From contig JBBTYN010000002.1 in assembly GCA_038061755.1 (NCBI GenBank), positions 15,312 through 79,311 of the forward strand: a stretch of 64,000 bases of DNA, read 5' to 3'. The stretch comes from Patescibacteria group bacterium. GTDB taxonomy: Bacteria > Patescibacteriota > Minisyncoccia > Phycocordibacterales > UBA9973. Every line of letters begins with the position of its first letter. Position 1 is the first letter of the stretch. This document shows positions 56,328 through 64,000 of the stretch, one piece after another. A model generated the notes under the pieces. The model was not told the DNA's origin and ran no database searches. It saw only the letters and a list, made by a program, of their open reading frames with translations. A program made the position numbers and the translations under genes.

Positions 56328-59300
56328 TTAATTATTTAAATATTCTTTATAAGACTTAATTTCTAGGTCTTCCACATTATAATGCGCCAGGGCTTTAATA
56401 AAAGCTCTCGCTAATTGTAAATCTGTAAATAGTGGTATTTGATTATCTACTGTTGCCCTGCGAATACGAAAACCATCTGTCATCACATGCCCTTCATTAT
56501 TTTTTTTATTTGAAAGTGGGGCTTCAGACTTACTTAAAATTACCACAAAAGACACTTTTTTACCTTCAATAATATTTAAAATATTTGGTGTATGCTCAAA
56601 TGCTTTGCGAACTAATTCGCATGGAACACCATGTTTTTTAAAAAATTCAGCCGTTGTGTCTGTCGCAAAAATTGTATAACCTAAGGAAATTAAGATATTC
56701 CCTGTTTCTAAAAATTTCGCTTTATTTAATTCTCCACCAAGAGAAAGCATAACGTTTTTATTTTTAAAATCAAAATTATTAGTACTCAAGATTGACTTCA
56801 AGAGCGCGTCGTCATAATCCTTGCCGAAACAAGCGGCTTCTCCGGTGGAAGACATTTCTACCCGCAAGATCGGATCAACACCAAGCAGTCTAGAAAAAGA
56901 AAATTGTGGCGACTTTACAACCACACTTTTGGGATACACAAAATTATGTATCTTTGCTTTTCCAAAAAAACTATCCACCGCAATTTCAGGAAAATTGGCA
57001 TCCATGGCTTTAGATAAAAGTGGAAAGGTACGACTAGCCCGCACATTAACTTCTATAACAAATGGTATATTGTCTTTTACTAAAAATTGAATATTAAATG
57101 GTCCAGTAATTGAGAGTTCGCGCGCTATTTTTTTAGAAATTTCTTTTAATTGAAATTCAGTTGAAGCATAGACCCTTTGCGTTGGATAGACAATGGTTGC
57201 GTCTCCTGAATGCACTCCAGCATTTTCCACATGTTCAGAAATTCCATAAATCATAAGTTTTCCTTTTTGAGCTACTCCATCAAATTCAAGCTCTTTGGCA
57301 TTTTCTATATATTTGGAAATAGTTACAGGATATTCTGGTGAAAGTATCGCTGCTTTACTTATAAAATTATGTAATTGCTCTTTGTTGTAACAAACCCGCA
57401 TCGCCGCCCCAGAGAGCACATAAGAAGGACGAACCAAAACAGGAAAACCATAATTTTCTGCAAATTTTTCTGCTTCCTTTTTTGAAATAAAACTTTGCCA
57501 TTTGGGTTGTAAGATTCCAAGCTTATCAAGTAAAGCCGAAAAAGTATTACGATCTTCAGCTCGATCAATATCTTCCGCTTTCGTTCCTAAAATAGGAAAA
57601 TTAGAAAGGGAAAGTTTTTTCACTAGATTGTTTGGTCTTTGTCCTCCCACAGAAACTATAAACCCACCAGCTTCTTCAAACTCAAAAATGTCCGCTACTG
57701 TTTCAAAAGATAAATTTTCAAAATAAAGACGATCTGACATATCATAATCAGTTGAAACAGTTTCAGGATTGCAATTTATAATAATTGATTGTTTTTTATA
57801 TTTCTTCAACGCCAGCGCCGCATATACAGAAGACCAGTCAAACTCAACAGAAGAACCAATATGGTATGGACCACCACCTAAAACAACTATTGCATTTTGC
57901 CCAAGTGGGGACACGTCGTTATGATTCCCACGGTAGGTTAAATATAAATAATTAGTTTTGGCTGGAAACTCCCCAGCTAAAGTATCAATAGTGAAAAAAG
58001 AAGGCAAGATCCTAAAATTTTTGCGTAACTTACGAATTTCTAATTCTGTTTTTCCACATAGATTTCCAATTTTCTTATCTGAAAGACCAGTTTGTTTTAA
58101 ATTTAAAATCGTTTCTTTGTTTAGAACTTTACTTTTTGCAAAAATTTTCTGCGTATTTACAATATTTTGAATTCTAAATAAAAACCACAAATCAATACCA
58201 GTTATTTTATGAATTTCTTCAACACTCACCCCCTTTTTAATACTTTCCGCAATTGCAAAAATTCTTCTTGGGGTCGGAATATTTAAAAATGTTTCTAATT
58301 CTTTTTTATTATTAAAACCATTATCAGTGATACTTTCAAAATCACCAGAATACATTCGCACCGCTTTCTCTAAAGCTTCTTCGAAACTTCTTCCAATAGC
58401 CATTACCTCCCCCACCGACTTCATCGTGCTTCCTATATGCGGAGCAACACCAACAAATTTTGTTAAGTCCCAGCGTGGCATCTTTACCACTATATAATCA
58501 AGAGCCGGCTCAAAAAAACATTGAGTTACTTTTGTAATTTTATTTTCTATTTCAAGCAAACTTGCTCCGAGGGCCAACTTGGCCGCAACATAAGCAAGCG
58601 GATAGCCAGTTGCCTTCGAAGCAAGAGCGCTGGAACGAGACAAGCGCGCATTCACTTCAATCACGAAATAATCAAGTTCACCATTTTTAGGATGCGGATT
58701 AAGAGCATATTGTACGTTACACTCACCGACTATCTTCAAGCTCTGAACAATTTTTATACTTGCTTCTCTTAGGCGATGATACTCTTCATTATTTAATGTT
58801 TGGCTCGGAGCAACAACAATAGAATCTCCTGTGTGAATACCAAGCGGGTCCAAATTTTCCATATTACACACTGTTACAATATTCCCAAACTGATCACGCA
58901 CCACTTCATATTCAATCTCCTTAAAATGATGCAAATATTTTTCAATTAAAACTTGTGGGGATACTGCGAATACGCCTATAACAATTTTTTCTAGCTCTTC
59001 CATATTATGGGCCACACCAGATTTTTGCCCACCCAAGGCAAAGGCAGCTCGAATCATAAGTGGAAAGCCAATTTTTTTTGCCACATCTTTTGCTTCTTTT
59101 AATTTTGTGGCACATCCTGAAGTAGGGACAGGAATATTAATACTTTTTAAATGTTTGGCAAACTTTTCTCTATCCTCAGTTAAAATAATTGATGAAACGG
59201 GGCTACCGAGAACTTTTACATTATATTTTTTTAATATACCTTTTTTCTTAAGTTCCAATCCGCAGTTTAAAGCTGTCTGCCCACCAAAAGACAACATAAT

Positions 59301-59561
59301 TCCATCAGGTAATTCTTTCTTTATAACTTTTTCTACAAAAAAATCATTTACCGGTAAAAAATAAACCTCATCTGCTAATGTTTTAGAAGTTTGGAACGTA
59401 GCAATATTTGGATTCACTAAAATAACTTTAATCTTATCTTCTTTTAGAGCCTTAATTGCTTGACTGCCAGAATAATCAAATTCTCCTGCTTCGCCTATTT
59501 TCAGCGCGCCACTTCCAAGCACTAATACTTTTTTTATTAATTTTACTTTGTTATTTTTCAT
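56328..59561 (-). CDS. carB: Carbamoyl-phosphate synthase large subunit
   Basis: Duplicated ATP-grasp halves, oligomerisation and MGS-like domains, 1077 aa. Confidence 0.95.
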   Translation of the reverse strand: MKNNKVKLIKKVLVLGSGALKIGEAGEFDYSGSQAIKALKEDKIKVILVNPNIATFQTSKTLADEVYFLPVNDFFVEKVIKKELPDGIMLSFGGQTALNCGLELKKKGILKKYNVKVLGSPVSSIILTEDREKFAKHLKSINIPVPTSGCATKLKEAKDVAKKIGFPLMIRAAFALGGQKSGVAHNMEELEKIVIGVFAVSPQVLIEKYLHHFKEIEYEVVRDQFGNIVTVCNMENLDPLGIHTGDSIVVAPSQTLNNEEYHRLREASIKIVQSLKIVGECNVQYALNPHPKNGELDYFVIEVNARLSRSSALASKATGYPLAYVAAKLALGASLLEIENKITKVTQCFFEPALDYIVVKMPRWDLTKFVGVAPHIGSTMKSVGEVMAIGRSFEEALEKAVRMYSGDFESITDNGFNNKKELETFLNIPTPRRIFAIAESIKKGVSVEEIHKITGIDLWFLFRIQNIVNTQKIFAKSKVLNKETILNLKQTGLSDKKIGNLCGKTELEIRKLRKNFRILPSFFTIDTLAGEFPAKTNYLYLTYRGNHNDVSPLGQNAIVVLGGGPYHIGSSVEFDWSSVYAALALKKYKKQSIIINCNPETVSTDYDMSDRLYFENLSFETVADIFEFEEAGGFIVSVGGQRPNNLVKKLSLSNFPILGTKAEDIDRAEDRNTFSALLDKLGILQPKWQSFISKKEAEKFAENYGFPVLVRPSYVLSGAAMRVCYNKEQLHNFISKAAILSPEYPVTISKYIENAKELEFDGVAQKGKLMIYGISEHVENAGVHSGDATIVYPTQRVYASTEFQLKEISKKIARELSITGPFNIQFLVKDNIPFVIEVNVRASRTFPLLSKAMDANFPEIAVDSFFGKAKIHNFVYPKSVVVKSPQFSFSRLLGVDPILRVEMSSTGEAACFGKDYDDALLKSILSTNNFDFKNKNVMLSLGGELNKAKFLETGNILISLGYTIFATDTTAEFFKKHGVPCELVRKAFEHTPNILNIIEGKKVSFVVILSKSEAPLSNKKNNEGHVMTDGFRIRRATVDNQIPLFTDLQLARAFIKALAHYNVEDLEIKSYKEYLNN

Positions 59562-60633
59562 GATTTTTTATTTTTGATTTTATAAGTCCAGCTCTTTCTA
59601 GAAAAAAATCAAATATCCAATCAGTATCAAGTGGTCCTGGAGAACTCTCTGGATGAAACTGCACAGACATAAATGGCAGACTCTCGTGAATAATCCCTTC
59701 ATTAGTATTGTCATTAGCATTATAAAACCATTCCTTAAAACCTTTGGGTATTTTTTTAACTGCAAAACCATGATTTTGTGTTGTTAAATAACATTTATTA
59801 GTACCTTTTTCTACTACAGGTTGATTCTGACTTCGATGACCAAATTTCATCTTGTGCGTAGTACCACCTAGAGCCAATGTTAAAATTTGATTACCTAAAC
59901 AAATACCTAATGTAGGAATTTTTTGAGTAACAATCTTTTTTACATTATTAATTGTATTTTCAACTTTTGTCGGGTCTCCAGGGCCGTTGGAAATAACCAC
60001 TGCGGAAAATAGAAAATCAAGTTTTGTGACATCTGTATCCCAAGGAACTACTACAACTTTAAATCCACGAGCTATTAATCTGCGAACTATGTTGTATTTT
60101 ACCCCGCAATCTATCACCACAATAGTTTTTTTACCAATACTATATTCTAAAATCTTTTTTGTGGAAACTTCAGAAACTAAATTCCTTAAATTAGGATCTT
60201 CAAAATGCACATCTTTATCATTAAAGATTATTTTACCTAAACTAACTCCTTCGTCTCTTAATTTTTGTGTCAACGCTCTTGTATCTTTAATTTCAAGCAA
60301 TGGAATTCCCTCCTTTTTAAACCATTCACTTAGCGTCATTTCCATAGCGTAATGTGATGGTGTATTTATATAATTGCAAACTATCAATCCAGAAACTTGA
60401 ATTTTTTGCGATTCCCAAAACTCTTTTTTAGGAACACCATAATTTCCAATTATAGGATATGTTAAAACCAGAATCTGCCCCTTAAACGAAGGGTCAGTTA
60501 ATGCCTCCAGATATCCCACCATTCCTGTAGCAAAAACTACTTCTCCAGCTACAGATTTCTCCGCACCAAAGCTTTTTCCCGTAAATTCGACACCATCTTT
60601 TAATATTAACTTTGCGGATTTTCTATTTACCAT
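59551..60633 (-). CDS. carA: Carbamoyl-phosphate synthase small subunit (glutamine amidotransferase)
   Basis: GICLGNQIL catalytic Cys, His-Glu at C-terminus. Confidence 0.9.
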   Translation of the reverse strand: MVNRKSAKLILKDGVEFTGKSFGAEKSVAGEVVFATGMVGYLEALTDPSFKGQILVLTYPIIGNYGVPKKEFWESQKIQVSGLIVCNYINTPSHYAMEMTLSEWFKKEGIPLLEIKDTRALTQKLRDEGVSLGKIIFNDKDVHFEDPNLRNLVSEVSTKKILEYSIGKKTIVVIDCGVKYNIVRRLIARGFKVVVVPWDTDVTKLDFLFSAVVISNGPGDPTKVENTINNVKKIVTQKIPTLGICLGNQILTLALGGTTHKMKFGHRSQNQPVVEKGTNKCYLTTQNHGFAVKKIPKGFKEWFYNANDNTNEGIIHESLPFMSVQFHPESSPGPLDTDWIFDFFLERAGLIKSKIKNHEK

Positions 60634-61840
60634 ATGGAACTCCTTTAATTATTGTTCTAACAACACTCCCGGGGAAAGTAATTCCTTCAAACGGTGACCA
60701 ACCACATTTTGTTTTTAGTTTATCTTTTGTAATCGTGATTGGTTTATTTAAATCGAGAATTGTCAGTGACCCTACATAACCTTTTTCTATTTTTCCATAC
60801 TTATCTAAAATAAAATTATTTATAAAATTCGCAGAATTATAACTACAAACTCTTTCAACTTCTTCTGTAAAATTATGTTCTCGTATCAACCAAGTAATAA
60901 ATGGACCATAAGTGTCCAAATGAGTAAGACCAGAAATTCCTTTTTCTTTTTCCTCTATAGTATGAGGAGCATGATCGGTCGCCAGATAATCTATGTCACC
61001 ATTTTTTAATAATTTAATTAAACTCAAACGATTTTCTTTTGTTTGACGTATTGGTGGATTTACTTGAAAATTTTTTCTATTTTCAGGAAGCATCGTTTCA
61101 TCAAAATACAAATGATGTGGCGTGACTTCTACTGTTACATTTATTCCACGTTTTTTTGCATCTATTATTTTATTTATTCCTTCAATTGTAGAACAATGAC
61201 AAATTTTCCCCACCAGATTATATTTTTCAATAAGTTTTAAAGCAAAATCTACGGCAGAAATCTCGGCTTCAGGTGGACGTTTTGCTTCATGTGTATTTTT
61301 ATTTGCATTTTCTTCCAAAATTTTTGGGTCTTCACAATGAAAACTTACATATTGATTCTCATATTTTTCTAATACTTTTTCCAACTCTTCATTTGAAGTA
61401 AAAAATAAATCTCCTACTGATGGACCCATAAAAACTTTATAAGGAACTTTTTTAAAAAGAGGTTTTGCATTAGGACCAATACCAGCATAGAGTACTATTG
61501 TGATAGGAGACTTTTTTGTTAAATTATTTTTTGTTTCAAAACTATCATCATCTACGGGTGGTACCGGATTGTTTGGCATCTCTCCGATAGCCACCACTCC
61601 GCCATTTATAGCAGCCTCTCCCGCAGTAATAAAATCTTCTTTATAATCTTGCTTATGGCTCGCATCTTCTCGTGCGTGTACGTGCAAATCTATGAATCCA
61701 GAAAAAATTATTTCATCTTTCAAAACTAAATCAGCTATGCCTGAGGGCTCTGCAACATTTACAATTAATCCAGTATTAGTATCTATTTCTATACATTTTT
61801 TTTCTCCAGTATTTGCAATAATTCCTTCGACACTAAACAT
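60623..61840 (-). CDS. pyrC: Dihydroorotase
   Basis: DLHVHARE, ATDHAPH, amidohydrolase fold. Confidence 0.8.
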   Translation of the reverse strand: MFSVEGIIANTGEKKCIEIDTNTGLIVNVAEPSGIADLVLKDEIIFSGFIDLHVHAREDASHKQDYKEDFITAGEAAINGGVVAIGEMPNNPVPPVDDDSFETKNNLTKKSPITIVLYAGIGPNAKPLFKKVPYKVFMGPSVGDLFFTSNEELEKVLEKYENQYVSFHCEDPKILEENANKNTHEAKRPPEAEISAVDFALKLIEKYNLVGKICHCSTIEGINKIIDAKKRGINVTVEVTPHHLYFDETMLPENRKNFQVNPPIRQTKENRLSLIKLLKNGDIDYLATDHAPHTIEEKEKGISGLTHLDTYGPFITWLIREHNFTEEVERVCSYNSANFINNFILDKYGKIEKGYVGSLTILDLNKPITITKDKLKTKCGWSPFEGITFPGSVVRTIIKGVPYGK

Positions 61841-61849
61841 AAATTTTGG

Positions 61850-61875
61850 ATAAAAAAATAACCCCGATAGGGGCT
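61850..61875 (-). terminator. Rho-independent terminator after pyrF
   Basis: CCCCTATCGGGG hairpin followed by TTATTTTTTT on minus strand. Confidence 0.6.
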
Positions 61876-61966
61876 TTTATAATAGAAATAAAGATATTAT
61901 AGATGTTTGTTAGAAAAATATTTGATTTGTTTTCCAATTGATACATTAAAGAAGATAATAGCATTT

Positions 61967-62776
61967 TTAAGAACATAAGCAAGCCCTGTATTTTCTAATT
62001 TCATCTCGAAGTTTTTGCGCTTCAATTTTTGGATTATCAGAAAAAATTATTCCTCTAGAGGAATTTATTATAAGTCCCAAACCTTTGCTATTTAATCCAA
62101 CTTTTAATGTTTCTTTTAAATCTCCTCCTTGAGCGCCTACCCCAGGAACCAAAAAAGTCATATCCCCTACAATAGAACGAATTTTTTTCATCTCCTTTGG
62201 ATAAGTCGCCCCTACAACAAGCATACAATTTTTATTTTTATTCCAATTTTTTGAAACTTTTTCTGCCACAATCTGCCAAAGTGTTTTGCCTTTAACCTCT
62301 AAATCTTGAAAATCTTTTGATCCGGGATTTGAAGTGCGACAAAGTAAAATCACTCCTTTATCTTTTCTATCTAAAATCGGTTGCACCGCTTCATGTCCTA
62401 AATATGGATACACAGTGAAAGCATCAAAGCCAAGCCAATCAAATATAGAAGTAATGTAACCATTGTTTGTATTTCCTATGTCCCCTCTCTTTGCGTCTAG
62501 TATAGTAAAAATATCTGGATGATTTTTAATCAAATAATCCATCGTCATCTTTAATTCTCGTATTCCTTTATCACCCCGAGCTTCATAAAATGCGCTATTT
62601 GGTTTAAAGGCAACCGCATATTCGTGCGTCTCTTTAATAATCCATTTATTAAATTCAAATTGTGGAAATTTCTTTTTTAAAAATCTTTTTGGAATTTTTG
62701 CAAAATCTGCATCCAATCCAATGCATAAAAGTGAATTTATCTTTTTAGCTCTTTTGTTGTATTTATCTATGATCAT
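61967..62776 (-). CDS. pyrF: Orotidine 5-phosphate decarboxylase (type 2)
   Basis: LCIGLDAD, ILDAKRGDIGNT. Confidence 0.78.
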   Translation of the reverse strand: MIIDKYNKRAKKINSLLCIGLDADFAKIPKRFLKKKFPQFEFNKWIIKETHEYAVAFKPNSAFYEARGDKGIRELKMTMDYLIKNHPDIFTILDAKRGDIGNTNNGYITSIFDWLGFDAFTVYPYLGHEAVQPILDRKDKGVILLCRTSNPGSKDFQDLEVKGKTLWQIVAEKVSKNWNKNKNCMLVVGATYPKEMKKIRSIVGDMTFLVPGVGAQGGDLKETLKVGLNSKGLGLIINSSRGIIFSDNPKIEAQKLRDEIRKYRACLCS

Positions 62777-62786
62777 TATTTATTCT

Positions 62787-63410
62787 TTATTTGTTTTTGG
62801 ATTCTAAAAATTTTTTACCATGACCAACTTTAATATTTATAGGAATTCCTTCTTTGCAAAATGGACATACGCTCGCTTCATATGTAGCAACATAAAGGCT
62901 AGAAAGAAAAGAAAAAGGCACATCTAATATTTTAGAACTTAAATCTTTATTTTTATTAACCATTGCACAAGTATCTATAATATTACCACCAGCATCCTTT
63001 ACAGCCTTAGCTGTTTTGAGCAATGAACCACCAGTGGTTACTATATCTTCGACAATCAAAACTCTTTTACCTTTGACATAATTCTCATACCCACGAGTAA
63101 AAATTTGCCCCCCATCTGGTGACTTTTCTGTATACACTGCTAAAACTTCCCTACTATATATTTCACTCAAATGATATGCTATCCACTGAGAAAGTATTAT
63201 TCCTCCCAATGCTGGACCAACGACAATTTCAATATTTTTATCTTTATATTTTTCTGCAAAAATTTTACCTACTTCTGATGTTTCTTTTGTGTGTGGATAC
63301 AAAAAATCTTTATTTATATAAGTATCAATATGAAGTCCTGAAGTACCAACAAAATGACTATCTGAAAGCACTGCCCCGACTTTCTTTAAAATTTCTATTA
63401 CATAACTCAT
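62787..63410 (-). CDS. pyrE: Orotate phosphoribosyltransferase
   Basis: PRPP-binding VLIVEDIVTTGGSL. Confidence 0.8.
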   Translation of the reverse strand: MSYVIEILKKVGAVLSDSHFVGTSGLHIDTYINKDFLYPHTKETSEVGKIFAEKYKDKNIEIVVGPALGGIILSQWIAYHLSEIYSREVLAVYTEKSPDGGQIFTRGYENYVKGKRVLIVEDIVTTGGSLLKTAKAVKDAGGNIIDTCAMVNKNKDLSSKILDVPFSFLSSLYVATYEASVCPFCKEGIPINIKVGHGKKFLESKNK

Positions 63411-63414
63411 AAAC

Positions 63415-64000
63415 TTATCTTAACCTTTCTTTTATCTCTTGTGCAAGATATGGGTTCCATATTGCTCCTGTAGCTGACATCACAATATCTGCACCAGCAT
63501 TTCGGTATTCAAAAAAATCATCAGGCGTAGTCACCCCGCCAACACCTACAATGGTAAATTTGTAACCAAATTCTTCTCGTAATTTTTTTAATCTTTTAAC
63601 CATATCTAATCCTGCCCATTTTATTGCATGACCGCAAAGACCACTTATTAATCTGCCTTCACCAAGAAGAGCTTGTTTACCATTTTCATCTAATACTTTA
63701 GCCGGCATAGTATTGATAGCAGAAATACCTTCCACGATATTTCCAATCTTTTGTATTAAATTTTTTAATACTTCTTCGTCTTCAAAATAGGCAATTTTAA
63801 TAATTAAAGGAATTTCTCCAATAACTTCTTTTATCGCCTTAGCTACTTTCACGCTTCGCTCTATGTCATAACAAAGCAAATTATTTGTGCCTTCATTTGG
63901 ACAACTTAAATTCACTTCCATCACTTTCACCCCAACATCTTTAAGCAATTTAGCGGTAATGCGATAATCATTTATATATTCTTCCACATTCTGTCCTTTC
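63415..64000 (-). CDS. pyrD: Dihydroorotate dehydrogenase, C-terminal part (N-terminus beyond window end)
   Basis: NLSCPN motif, TIM-barrel DHOD C-terminal region; ORF open to window end. Confidence 0.7.
   Translation of the reverse strand, partial: KGQNVEEYINDYRITAKLLKDVGVKVMEVNLSCPNEGTNNLLCYDIERSVKVAKAIKEVIGEIPLIIKIAYFEDEEVLKNLIQKIGNIVEGISAINTMPAKVLDENGKQALLGEGRLISGLCGHAIKWAGLDMVKRLKKLREEFGYKFTIVGVGGVTTPDDFFEYRNAGADIVMSATGAIWNPYLAQEIKERLR

Overview
This is a low-GC (about 30%), gene-dense bacterial window of mostly housekeeping genes, nearly all on the minus strand; the architecture suggests a reduced genome (Patescibacteria/CPR-like), which is inference only. The one clearly accessory stretch is at about 43.5-49.2 kb. 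It holds an IS200/IS605-family Y1 (HuH) transposase of the REP-associated (RAYT) type, bracketed by three REP-like palindromic repeat loci. It also holds secreted-protein genes of clearly elevated GC, a small GIY-YIG nuclease gene flanked by direct repeats, and an AbiEii-type nucleotidyltransferase toxin gene.

Other notable signals:
- A 36-38 nt element occurs in the same orientation 40-55 nt upstream of both recA and recJ, a candidate shared regulatory site.
- IleRS carries an inserted histidine-phosphatase (RHG) domain and a separate GC-rich palindromic in-frame insertion.
- A 1271-aa secreted protein carries an LCAT/PGAP1-like lipase domain (YDWR, GxSxG).
- An 8-copy tetranucleotide repeat and a 4-copy heptanucleotide repeat sit in or next to surface and pilus genes.

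Identified housekeeping genes in order:
- DNA repair and ribosomal: ftsK (C-terminal part), recA, efp, the rpsF-ssb-rpsR operon, tatD, metG, recO, recJ, rnhA.
- tRNA synthetases and nucleotide metabolism: glyQS, ileS, argS, dut, tmk, glyA.
- Central metabolism and transcription: pgk, tpiA, nusA, H+-pyrophosphatase, trigger factor.
- Pyrimidine operon: pyrB-carB-carA-pyrC, then pyrF-pyrE-pyrD (pyrD cut at the window end).
- Type IV pilus locus: pilB, pilC, three prepilins and a PilX-like protein.
- ComEC competence protein split across two genes around a convergent sod gene.

All calls rest on reading the ORF translations and the DNA. No database search was run.
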